Assembly (NCBI RefSeq): GCF_039654945.1
Contig: NW_027361676.1
Span: 42,098,001-42,162,000 of the forward strand
Source of the DNA: Dendrobates tinctorius
Taxonomy: Eukaryota
Length of the DNA stretch: 64,000 bases
Direction: 5' to 3'
In this document: piece after piece, positions 26,503 to 38,140 of the stretch
Position numbering within the stretch: position 1 is the stretch's first letter
Layout of the letters: every line of letters starts with the position of its first letter
Notes under the pieces: generated by a model
What the model saw: only the letters and a program-made list of their open reading frames with translations
The model's database searches: none
Told to the model about the DNA's origin: nothing
Program-made: the position numbers and the translations under genes

Positions 26503-27221
26503 GTGATTAGACAAAACGCCTCTAACTTGTAGTCACTTCTTAGGAGACAGGAAGCATGAAATTTGACTACTGTCACACATCACCAGGTTAACCGAAGAGC
26601 TTGTTGCTCCAGCCGATCGCAGCCGCTGACGGCCACGGCTGAAAGTTCTCATTGAGCTCTGCAGGCGGCAGAAACCTCTGCTCAGCATTTCCGATCTATT
26701 TGACATAAGATTATCAAAGCATCGTAGTAGGCACCAGCTCTTTAATTTTAGAATTTTTACAGAAGTAGAGTAGCTGATCTGGCATTAGATATAAATGTTA
26801 TTATTTCATATCACTAATGTCATATTAGTGTGTGTCGCCTCATTGGACCATGGCTTGCTTTCTGGCTATGAGATTGTAGGCACAAAATAAAATGGTCAGA
26901 AGCACGTGCTGGGGTGAGCAAAATGTGCGATAGTAGTATGTTATACATGTGCTCTTACCTGGTCATAGGACTAGATATCAGCTGCGGCTCTGCAGTCTCA
27001 ATACTCCAGCACGTTTGTAAAAGTTGTTCACACATTTTTCACAATGGACCAATTAAAGGGGGACATAAATTATTGACAGGTCTAGGCTGCAGGGTTGCAC
27101 TTTGCTTACCTAGTACATGTATCCACACACACATTCAAAAATTCTTAATAAATATAATTCTGGATTAATTATTCAACGGCTCATATACAAAAAAAATCAA
27201 TCCTTAAAAGATACTTTATTA

Positions 27222-27812
27222 ACCAATCTGAAACACTTTTAAGAGACGGTCCTGGCGCTTGCTGGTCTTTCTTGGGCACCCTGGAGCCTTTTTGGCAACA
27301 AGGGAACCTCTCTCCTTGAAGTTCTTGATGATGCGATAGATTGTTGACTGAGGTGCAATCTTTCTAGCTGCGATACTCTTCCCTGTTAGGCCATTTTTGT
27401 GCAGTGCAATGATGACTGCACATGTTTCTTTAGAGATAACCATGGTTAACAGAAGAGAAGCAATGATGCCAAGCACCAGCCTCCTTTTAAAGTGTCCAGT
27501 GGTGTCATTCTTAATCATGACAGATTGATCTCCAGCCCTGTCCTCATCAACACCCACACCTGTGTTAATGGAGCAATCACTGAAACGATGTTAGCTGGTC
27601 CTTTTAAGGCAGGGCTGCAATGATGTTGAAATGTGTTTTGGGGGATAAAGTTAATTTTCTAGGCAAATATTGACTTTGCAAGTAATTGCTGTTAAGCTGA
27701 TCACTCTTTATAACATTCTGGAGTATATGCAAATTGCCATTAGAAAAAAGGAAGCAGTAGACTTTGTAAAAATTAATATTTGTGTCATTCTCTAAACTTT
27801 TGGCCATGACTG
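27222..27812 (-). mobile_element. Tc1 5' fragment (left TIR + paired-like HTH)
   Basis: TIR CAGTCATGGCCAAAAGTTT with TA at 27813. ORF ISKETCAVIIALHKNG...QSTIYRIIKNF...GCPRKTSKRQDR. Confidence 0.85.
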
Positions 27813-28491
27813 TACAAGCGATCTGATCATTGCCTGTATGTAGCAGAGCCGAATGGATAATGGGAGCTTCTAGTCTCCCTTGGAGACTTTTGAAGCATGC
27901 CAAAAGTTTTTTTTAAAAAAAGTTTTAAAAAATATAACAAAATAAAAAAATAACATTCAAATCACCCCCCTTCCGCCCCATTGAAAATAAATCAATAAAA
28001 AAATCAAACATATCAATCTGGTATTGCTGCGTTCAGAATCACCTGATCTATCAATATAAAACAAAGAATTAACCCGATCGCTAAGAGTGATGAGAAAAAT
28101 AGTCAAAACTCCAAAATGACGTTTTTTTTGGTCACTTCAACATTGTATTAAAATGCAATAACGGGTGATCAAAAGATCATATCTGCACCAAAATGGTATC
28201 ATTAAAAATGTCAGCTCTGTACGCAAAAAATAAACCCTCACGAGAGATGGAGACGCTGTGGGTATCAGAAAATAATACAAATTTGTTTTGTGGGTTTTTT
28301 TTTTTTTTTTTAAACAAACTTTGGATTTTTTTTTTCACCACTTGGATGAAAAAGAACCTAGACATAGACAGTCAGTTTTAGCATTTAGTGAACAAGGTAA
28401 GAAAGAACAAAAACAACTATGGGATTGCACTTTTCTTGCAATTTCACCGCACTTGGAATTTTTTTCCTTTTTCCAGTACACGATATGTTAA

Positions 28492-29878
28492 CCCCTTAAC
28501 TCCCAGAGCTTTTTGCGTTTTTCACTCCCCTTCTTTACAGAGCCATAACTTTTTTATTTTTCCATCAATATGGCCATTTGAGGGGCTTATTTTTTGCGGG
28601 ACGAGTTGTTCTTTTGAATGACACCATTGGTTTTACCATGTCATGTATTCTAAAACGGGAAAAAAATTCAAAGTGCTGTGAAATTGCAAAACAAAAGTGC
28701 AATCCCACACTTGTTTTTTTTTTTTGGCTATTTTGCTAGTTTCATTAGATCAGGGTTCCCCAACTCCAGTCCTCAAGGCCCTCCAACAGATCATGTTTTC
28801 AGGATTTCCTTTGTATTGCACAGGTGAATCAATAATCACCTGAGCAATACTAAGGAAATCCTGAAAACATGATCTGTTGGAGGGCCTTGAGGACTGGAGT
28901 TGGGGAACCCTGCACTAGATGCTAAAACTGACCTGCCATTATGATTTTACAGGTCATTACGAGTTCATAGATCCCAAACATGTCTAGGTTCTCTTTTATC
29001 TAAGTGGTGAAAAAAAATTCCAGTTTGCTAAAAAAAAAAAAAAATTGCGCAACTTTCTGAGACCCGTAGCGTCTCCATTTTTTGTGATCTGTGGTTGGGT
29101 GCAGGCTTATTTTATGCGTGTTGGGCTGATGTTTTTAATACCAATTTTGTGCAAATACGTTCTTTTGATCGCGCGTTATTGCTTTTTAATGCAATGTCGC
29201 GGCGACCAAAAAAACGTTATTCTGGCGTTTTGAATTTTTCGCTAAGCCATTTAGCGATCGGGTTAATGCTTTTTTTTTATTGGGTGATTCTGAACGCGGC
29301 GATACCTAATGTGTTTTTATTGTTTGTTTGTTTTTTTTCTTTTGATTGGGGCGAAAGGGGTGACTTGAACTTGTATTTTTTTTTTTTTTTTTACTTTTGG
29401 CATGCTTCAATAGCCATAGGAGGCTAGAAGCATGCACAACTCGAACGGCTCTGCTACATATAGGTGATGAGCAGATCGCCCATATGTAGCAGATTTACTG
29501 CATTGCTTTGAGCGCTGACCATCGGGCGGCGCTCAAAGCAATGTGCCTGCAACAACCATAGAGGTCTCTGAGACCTCTTCTTGTCAAGGCAACGAGACGC
29601 CAACCCCCGATCACGTGACGGGTGTCGGCGATGAGCTCACTTCTGGCGCGACGGCCGGAAACACTAGTTAAATGCCCACTGTCAGCTTTGACAGCGGGAT
29701 TTAACTAGTTAATAGGTGCGGGAGGATGGCGATTCCGTTCGCGCCTATTGCGCGCACATGTCAGCTGTTCATAACAGCTGACATGTCGCGGCTTTGAGGT
29801 GGGCTCACCACCGGAGCCCACCTCAAAGCAGGACATCCTTACCTATGACGTACTATTCCGTCATCGGTAAGGAAGGGG
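28492..29878. mobile_element. Non-autonomous piggyBac-like (TTAA) element nested in an oppositely oriented related element (~27820-29960)
   Basis: TTAA|CCCCTT...AAGGGG|TTAA ends. The flanking DNA is reverse-complement-similar to the interior and to 53570-54398. Confidence 0.75.
28751..28912. mobile_element. hAT-type palindromic MITE (162 bp)
   Basis: TIR CAGGGTTCCCCAACTCCAGTCCTCAAGG, 8-bp TSD CATTAGAT/CACTAGAT. Second copy at 48207-48368. Confidence 0.88.
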
Positions 29879-29967
29879 TTAAATCCAATGGTGTCTTTCA
29901 AAAGTACACCTCTTCCTGCAAAAACCAAGCCCTCACATGACCATATTGACCAGAAAGTACTACTAGT

Positions 29968-30830
29968 ATAAGGATGGGGGCCCTGCATACCAGGATAGTG
30001 ATGGAGGCCCTGCATACCAGGATAGTGATGGGGGCCCTGCATACCAGGATAGTGATGGGGGCCCTGCATACCAGGATAGTGATGGGGGCCCTGCATACCA
30101 GGATAAGTGATGGGGTCCTGCATACCAGGATATGGATGGGGGCCCTGCATACCAGGCTAAGGATGGGGGCCCTGCATACCAGGCTAAGGATGGGGGCCCT
30201 GCATACCAGGCTAAGGATGGGGGCCCTGCATACCAGGCTAAGGATGGGGGCCCTGCATACCAGGCTAAGGATGGGGGCCCTGCATACCAGGCTAAGGATG
30301 GGGGCCCTGCATACCAGGCTAAGGATGGGGGCCCTGCATACCAGGCTAAGGATGGGGGCCCTGCATACCAGGCTAAGGATGGGGGCCCTGCATACCAGGC
30401 TAAGGATGGGGGCCCTGCATACCAGGCTAAGGATGGGGGCCCTGCATACCAGGCTAGGGATGGGAGGCCCTGCATACCAGGCTAGGGATGGGAGGCCCTG
30501 CATACCAGGCTAGGGATGGGAGGCCCTGCATACCAGGCTAGGGATGGGAGGCCCTGCATACCAGGCTAGGGATGGGAGGCCCTGCATACCAGGCTAGGGA
30601 TGGGAGGCCCTGCATACCAGGCTAGGGATGGGAGGCCCTGCATACCAGGCTAGGGATGGGAGGCCCTGCATACCAGGCTAAGGATGGGAGGCCCTGCATA
30701 CCAGGATAGGGATGAGGACGATCATTCCTGCCAGGATAGGGATGAGGGGGGGCCGTGCATACCAGGATATAGATGAGGGATCCATTCATACCAGCATGGG
30801 GATGGGGAGCCATATATTCCAGGATAGGGG
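29968..30830. repeat. 27/28-bp minisatellite (GGATGGGGGCCCTGCATACCAGGCTAA) inside a Tigger-like element ending ~30930
   Basis: About 30 tandem units visible directly. A right TIR-like GTCTTATAGTACGAAAAATACGG|TA follows. Confidence 0.92.
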
Positions 30831-32608
30831 GATATTAAGTACAGAATTAACCACATTTTTGCTTACACTTTTTTTCTCCTAATTTCCTCCTCTAAAACCT
30901 AGGTGCGTCTTATAGTACGAAAAATACGGTATATACCTTTTCATAGGTATATGGCAGCACTTTTACCGCTAGTAAAGACTGCACAGTTGCTACAAAACAT
31001 GCTCCCCTAACATAAATGTGGCATCACTGTAAAAAAAAAAAAAAAAAAAAAAAAACTTCAATACAATATGTATATGTACAGCACCAAAATACCATTAAAT
31101 GTCATAACTTATCCACAATAAGCAAGTGCTCCTACAGCTGGGTCCATGGAAAACGCAATCGTTATGGCTATCGAAAGGGATGGATGTAAAAGTTGCACTA
31201 TAAAGGCAAAGACTAGGTGCTGCAGTTTGCGGTTAAAGAACGAAGCGACCATATTCTGGAGAATCAGGTGACCCCCTTCCATATCGCTAAAATATGGTAT
31301 CACTTTGGCTAAGGGCAGACCTGTACTCAAAGCAACTCCCAAAGCGCCGTGCAGCACAAGACTCCTAGGAACACCAAATACTGCAGTGCAGTCCGACTGA
31401 TCTCCACCGCAGCATCTAGCTCGCAGTGCCTCCATAGAAGCACCACTGTCAGAATCGTCCATATCCACCTCTGCCCCCCCCCCCCCCCCGGCAGGTCCTG
31501 TGCTTTCATGCTCACAGAAACTGTGCTGTTTCTGCTTTATACTTATACCCGGCACTGCCAGGACTCTGAGACATGATGTTCTAGGGTAAGCAAAAGGTAT
31601 TCCTGCAGTCTGGACTCTCAATTTCCACATATATTTTGTATATTATAATCATCACCTGCAAAGAAAGTTTCACGGATTATGTCTGGGACTACAAGAATGT
31701 AAAAGGTATATCACCCATTTTCTGTGTTAGTTTCTCCTTAACTGAAATCCCCAGTATTTCATAGTGTTGCATTGTTCAGCTAATTGCATTAGAGCTGCCA
31801 TCATCCCTCGCCTCATCTGACCTCTGTGCTAATTCTTTGAGTTACATGTCCCCTCTCCTCTGTAATAATACATGTAGAAGAACTGGTGCCCGAAATCTAG
31901 TATAGAGCCTTATGTACCAAAGCTTTGCTGTAGCTTTCCATTTGTGAATGCACTAAAGACCTTGTTAGACTCTGCTGGTTGCTTTGACTATGTTGCAGAT
32001 GTCAATGACCGCTTTAGTATGTTCTCACTTTTTCAGTTTGTTCCCAATACAGAAGAATTTCATGCGTCCTCTCACAAGCGGAAGTACTAACCGGAGTAAC
32101 AAGGGCATCTGCTGAATATGTTCTGCTTTGTGCTGTTATCCTGGTGGAGGTTTTTATTATGATGAATTCAGATTTCAGACTTTTTTTTTGTTTGGCCTTC
32201 TGCAGTTACGTGTAACTCGTATTTTGTAAGCTCTGTAATGCAATCTTCTTACTGCAGTAGTGGAAATTGCTTTACCCAAGCAATTTCCATTTTAGCCAAA
32301 GACCTGTCACATGAGCATACAGTCCTATGCGTGAACAGCATGGGAGAGCAGTAGATGTGGAGCTGACTGTCCCTATAATTTTTTTATTTTGATTGCTTGT
32401 TAAAAATGACTTGATTTTGTAGAGGAACATCTATTTCACCCAGAAAACAGTGTGTCCAATTGTAATAGCCATATAGTTATGTGATTAAGTCGGCTGTTCC
32501 CATGCAAAAACAAGTGATTGTCTAAGGCTCTGTTCACATGTCCAGTTGTCATCTGTTTGTAACGGATCCAGTATTTAAAGAAAATAAAATAACTGGATTC
32601 GTTATAAC

Positions 32609-32919
32609 TAGTGATGAGTGAGTATACTCGTTGGTCGGGTTTCCCCGAGCATGCTCGGGTGATCTCTGAGTATTTGGAAGTGTTGGGAGATTTAGTTTCC
32701 GTCTCCATAGCTGCATGATTTGCGGCTACTTGACAGCCTGAATACATGTGGGGATTTCCTAACAAACAGGGAATCCCCTCATGTATTCAGGCTGTCAAGT
32801 AGCCGCAAATCATGCAGCTGCGGAGACAGAAACTAAATCTCCGACCACATCCAAATACTCGGAGATCACCCGAGCATGCTCTGGGAAACCCGACCAGCAA
32901 GTATACTCACTCATCACTA
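32609..32919. mobile_element. hAT-type palindromic MITE nested in a Harbinger-type MITE (~32526-38647)
   Basis: TIR TAGTGATGAGTGAGTATAC, 8-bp TSD GTTATAAC/GTTATAAG. A related half-copy lies near 58703. Confidence 0.82.
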
Positions 32920-34008
32920 GTTATAAGCAGAGCAAAAACAGATCCACCGTTTGGTTTCATTTTTTGTTCTTGGATCAGTTTTTATTAGAGGTGTTTTTTT
33001 AATATCTCTTCTGTTTTGAGTATGAACTGTGCTTAAAAAACAGTAACTTAATGGATGAAATAACTGATGACCATCCATTATGAGACTCCCTATAGACTTT
33101 AATGCTTAAAAAAATGGTTTCGTTTGCTTTCCATTGTTTTAACCAGACAAAAAGTTGAGCAGACTGTTTTATGATCCAACTTTCTTTTTTACTCTTCGCC
33201 ACGACAGCACCCACTGGAGGTATCGGATCCGCCCATTTGGAACAGGAAACCCTACAGGAAAGATAAAAGGGGCGGTCCGCCTTTCCTCCTCAGTTTTGGT
33301 TTCCTGTTCCAAATGGAGCAGGATCCTGCAGGATCTTACCTGGGCCATGCATCCGCCTGTGCGGTCTCCTCGGGAACGGCAGGGGCTGCGGTCCGGAAGC
33401 GGCGTCGGGGGAGATTCCGTTTGACGGTTCCCCCCTCGTCTGGTGGCATAACGGTGATGACCGGGTCCGGGGAGGGCCGCCCGGTCTTACCAGGGAGCGG
33501 GCCGGTCTGGCATCCGGAGGCAGAACACCCCTCCCCCCCTCCATCGGTGGAGATACAGCGTGGTGAAGCCATGAGCGCGCGAACCGCGCGTGTGAGTAGC
33601 GGTGGCGCAGGAGCTGGCCGGCGCCCGACGCTCCTATACCCCGGAAGTAATGGTTGAACTTCCGGGGTAGGATGGCGATGACGCGGCGCATGCGCCCTGA
33701 CACAGGGCGACTTCCGGGGGCACAACAGGAGTGAAGATAAAACAGCGCTGCAACGATGGAACCATGTCGTCCCCCACGGAGTCGCAGGCCCCAGCAGGGG
33801 ATTCAGCTGGGGGCAATTCCACCAGGGACCGCAGCGCCAGGACAGAGACTGCCCGCAGGAGCGAGGCAGCAGATACCAGATCCAGACTGTCTCAGCCATC
33901 CGACCCGGTATTAAGCTTCACTGGGTGAGTGTGCAAAGTATATACTCTACCTATTAAGCTAACCTCTCCCCCCCCCCCCCTCTCTTTACCTTTGACCTCC
34001 CACTTCAG

Positions 34009-35229
34009 TCAAAGAAAAAAGAAAAAATTAAACATAAAGAATGCGCATTATGTTCAGAGCCTCTCCCTGACTCCTACCCCAAAAAACTCTGCAAACAATG
34101 CATGAAAGAAACCAGGCAGGGGTCGACGATATCTTCTAAAGATATCCGAGCCATAATTAGGGAGGAGATACAAGCCATCAACCGCGCCAGCACTCCCTCA
34201 GAGTCCAGTCATAAGAAACAGGTCGTTGTTAGTTCAGAGTCAGAGGAAGAACAGGAGTTAAATTCAGGCTCCGCATTCACGTCCTCATCGTCATCCTCGG
34301 AGATGGAAGGACGCGCATGTTTTCCACTGGACAGCGTAGATAACCTAGTAAAAGCGGTTAGAAATACTATGGGGTGTGAAGAGGAAAGGGGAGCCCAAAC
34401 CGCGCAGGACATTATGTTTGCGGGATTGGCAGAAAAAAAGAGGAGATCATTTCCGGTGATACCGGCAATTAAGGACCTCATCAAAAGAGAGTGGGAAAAA
34501 CACGACCAGAGGGGTTTTCTCCCATCAGCCTCAAAACGGAAGTATCCGTTCACTGATGAAGACCTATTGAAATGGACTAAAATACCAAAGGTGGATGCCG
34601 TCATAGCCTCCACTTCCAAACAGACCTCGATCCCGGTCGAGGACGCAGGATTGTTAGCAGACCCATTAGACCGAAAGGCAGAATCTTCGCTCAAAAGGTC
34701 CTGTGAGTCCACCACCGGGGTATTCAAACCTGCAATAGCCAGCACATGTACTGCTAGATCAATGCTGGTATGGCTAGATCAATTAGACCAGCAGATCGAG
34801 CAAAGAGTGTCAAGGGAGAAACTGCGTGCAGCCATCCCGTTGATAAGAGGTGCAGCTGCCTTTATGGCAGATGCTTCAGCGGACACCCTAAGACTGGCAG
34901 CGAGGTCGGCAGCCCTGGTGAATAACGCCAGACGCGCGCTGTGGATAAAAAGCTGGAAAGGGGACGCACAATCAAAATCCAAAATTAGTGCAACCCCATG
35001 CGAGGGTGAGTTCCTCTTCGGGAAAGCCTTAGACGAAATTCTCGCCAAGGCAAAAGAGAGGAAAAAGGCCTTCAGTGATTCTCCCATTCCGTTTTATAGG
35101 AAAACCTTTAAGAGACGGCCATTCGGGAGAAGAAGACAGTCGGACAGAACGAATAGATGGGCCACGAAAGACGAAAAGCAGAAGGGTACCATCTTCAGAG
35201 GGCCAACATATAGGAGAGATAAAAATTAA
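34009..35229 (+). CDS. DIRS B gag main exon (C4 zinc finger + DIRS gag core); probable first exon 33764-33907
   Basis: Open from the acceptor at 34008: SKKKEKIKHKECALCSEPLPDSYPKKLCKQC continues in frame into ORF 34102-35229 (PKVDA, LADPLDRK, RRALW, LFG). Confidence 0.8.
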   Translation, partial: SKKKEKIKHKECALCSEPLPDSYPKKLCKQCMKETRQGSTISSKDIRAIIREEIQAINRASTPSESSHKKQVVVSSESEEEQELNSGSAFTSSSSSSEMEGRACFPLDSVDNLVKAVRNTMGCEEERGAQTAQDIMFAGLAEKKRRSFPVIPAIKDLIKREWEKHDQRGFLPSASKRKYPFTDEDLLKWTKIPKVDAVIASTSKQTSIPVEDAGLLADPLDRKAESSLKRSCESTTGVFKPAIASTCTARSMLVWLDQLDQQIEQRVSREKLRAAIPLIRGAAAFMADASADTLRLAARSAALVNNARRALWIKSWKGDAQSKSKISATPCEGEFLFGKALDEILAKAKERKKAFSDSPIPFYRKTFKRRPFGRRRQSDRTNRWATKDEKQKGTIFRGPTYRRDKN

Positions 35230-37126
35230 AAGTTTAGACCCACCAGTTGGGGGTAGATTAAAATTTTTTGTTACCAAATGGGAACAAATTACGTTAAGCC
35301 CATGGATTTTGAATATAATCAAGGAAGGAATAAAGATTGAATTCCTTCAGATCCCTTATGAATTCTTTGTTATAACTCGCCTTAATTCCTCAGTTCAGCA
35401 AAAGGCTCTCGAAGACGAGATTCGAGTCCTACTAGCTAAAAAAGTTTTAGTTGACGTCCCTGAGGAACAAGAGGGTAGAGGCTTTTACTCTCCCCTGTTT
35501 TTGGTTTCTAAACCAGACGGTACGTTTAGAACCATTATTAATTTAAAGAAGCTTAATTCATTTATAAAAAATTATAACTTCAAAATGGAATCAATTAGAT
35601 CCACTATAAAGCTTCTTTTCCCAAGTTGCGTAATGGCAGGGATTGATTTAAAAGATGCTTATTATCATCTCCCTATTCACAATAGATTCCAGAAATACCC
35701 AAGAGTCGCAGTGGAAGTCGAGGGCAGGATTCGTCATTTCCAATACGCGGCCATGCCCTTCGGGCTTTCCACGGCACCAAGAATATTTACCAAGGTGATG
35801 GCAGAAGTGATGGCCTACCTTCGCCAAAAGGACACACTGATCGTGCCGTATTTAGACGACTTCCTAATAATTGGGAATTCAGTCAAACAATGTACCGAAC
35901 GCGTGACTGACGCAATCTCCTCTTTTCAGAGCCTTGGCTGGATCATCAATATCCAAAAGTCCAGACTCGATCCACAATCTCTCCAGACATTTCTAGGATT
36001 TCAACTAGATTTCTTGACCCAGAGATGTCTACTACCTCAGGTAAAAATCACCCTCACGAAATAAAAAATACGAGCAGCTATAGATAGACCACGGGTGTCC
36101 TTGAGAGGAGCAATGTCACTATTAGGATCACTAAATTCTTGCACCCCGGCAGTCCGGTGGGCCCAGTACCATGTCCGTACACTACAACACCAGATCTTCC
36201 AAGAGGATAAGCGACATAGTGGTCATTTACAGAGCAAAATAACCCTGTCACAAGAAGTCTTGACTTCTCTAGAGTGGTGGTTAGAAGATGACCATTTATG
36301 TTCAGGAGTTCCATGGGTTATAGTTCCATCCTGTATCGTAACCACCGATGCCAGTCCCCAGGGCTGGGGAGCCCACATGGAGAATGGGTTTCATCAGGGA
36401 AGGTGGAATAGAGAGGAATGCGAGTACTCATCCAATTTAAAAGAACTGACTGCAGTGTTCTATGCTCTATACAACTTCCTTCCGCAGCTCCAACAGAAGC
36501 ATGTCAGGATCCTATCGGACAACACCACCACAGTGGCCTATATAAACAGACAAGGAGGAACTCGATCAGAGACTCTGATGTCTTCAGCGGCAAGAATTTT
36601 AAACTTAGCGGAAGACTATTTTTTGTCCCTCTCGGCCCTTCATATCAGAGGCGAGAGCAATCAAAAGGCAGACTTCCTAAGCCGACACACTCTACGGCAA
36701 GGAGAGTGGTGCCTCAATCAAAAGGTCTTCAGGGACATAGTAGCCCTATGGGGACAACCCGAGGTGGACCTTTTCGCCACAAAGGAGAACAGGCAGATAA
36801 AAACATTTGCCTCCCTATCTCCATCAGATCACCCAGACATACTAGACGCCCTTCTAGCTCCATGGAATTTCAACCTGGCGTATGCGTTCCCTCCATTGAT
36901 CCTCCTACCTCAAGTAATTCGGAAGATCAGAGACGACAAAGCAAGGATAATCTTAATAGCACCGTTCTGGCCAAAAAGACCGTGGTTTTCGTGGCTGCAG
37001 ATTATGTCAATAACAGATCCTTGGGTCCTTCCTTCGACTCCCAATCTACTCTCCCAAGGCCCCTTTTTCCACCCTCAAGTGGTCAGCTTGCACTTGACGG
37101 CGTGGAATTTGAGAGGCAGTTATTGA
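35075..37126 (+). pseudogene. DIRS B RT-RNaseH-methyltransferase-like ORF with one in-frame stop (36062-36064)
   Basis: VGGRL, FYSPLFLV, DLKDAY, MPFG, YLDD, TDAS, SDN, ADFLSR, VDLFAT, YAFPP, WPKRPWF. ORFs 35075-36064 and 36095-37126 share a frame. Confidence 0.9.
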
Positions 37127-38140
37127 GGACAAGAGGATTCTCTGAGTCTTTAATTACTACACTACTACAAAGTAGAAAACAGTCCACAACCCAAATTTAC
37201 ACTAGAATATGGAAAAAATTTCTTCAATTCCATACAGTACCTCATACAGCAGAAGTTCCGATAATCCCAATCTTGGAATTTCTGCAGAAAGGGAAAGACT
37301 TAGGCTTAGCAGTAAATACGCTAAGAGTACAAATATCGGCATTAGGAGCACTATATGGCCATAATATAGCAGGCAACAAGTGGATAACTCGATTCATTAC
37401 AGCATGTGAACGAATAGCTCCAATCCACATACCCTCCGTCCCTACATGGGATCTAAATCTGGTCTTAGACGCCCTAACGGTAGACCCCTTTGAGCCGATC
37501 GACACAATACCCTTCAAATACTTAGCACTTAAAATGGCCCTCTTGGTAGCACTGACCTCAGCTAGAAGAGTGGGTGATACCCAGGCCTTGTCAATAGATC
37601 CACCTTTTTTTCCAAGAATACCAAGACAGATTGGTATTAAAACCAGACCCTGCCTACCTGCAAAAAGTGGCAACAAAATACCATAGATCTCAGGAGATAC
37701 TCCTCCCAACCTTCTATAAAAATCCCTCTACTCCGGAAGAGCAGAAGTTCCATACTCTGGACGTCAAAAGAACTGTCCTAAAATATATTGAGAGGTCCAA
37801 CAGTTGGAGGCAGAGTAGGGCCCTATTTGTTTCATTTCAGGGCTGTAAGAAGGGGTATGGCGTCACGAAGAGCACCATTTCCCGGTGGATCAGAGAGGCC
37901 ATTCGTTTAGCCTACTCCGCAAAAAACGAAGATCCTCCAGGGAACATCAGGGCGCATTCCACCAGGGCAATGGCAACTTCTTGGGCGGAAAAGGGAGACA
38001 TTCCGATCGAAACTATATGTAAGGCGGCAGTTTGGTCATCCCCTTCTACCTTCTATAACCACTATAGACTTGATCTTTCATCAACCTCTGACTTAAGCTT
38101 TGGCAGGACTGTCCTTGGCACGGTGGTCCCACCCAGGTGA
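36418..38140 (+). pseudogene. DIRS B tyrosine recombinase with one frameshift near 37605
   Basis: WDLNLVL, TSARRVGD (R), AHSTR (HxxR), AAVWSS, FYNHY (Y). ORFs 36418-37686 and 37631-38140 are offset by one base around a T-run. Confidence 0.88.

Noticed and set aside
29839-30813. Long repetitive ORFs on both strands (DGGPAYQAK, MGALHTRLR and others); CRISPR-like appearance
   Set aside because: Artefact of a 27-bp tandem repeat; no unique spacers and a eukaryotic context.
33290-33899. Long - strand ORFs in DIRS leaders (also 17062-17538)
   Set aside because: Expected in GC-rich DNA; no similarity between the two elements' peptides.
34209-35087. Antisense ORFs over DIRS gag
   Set aside because: Shadow frames of the sense coding region.
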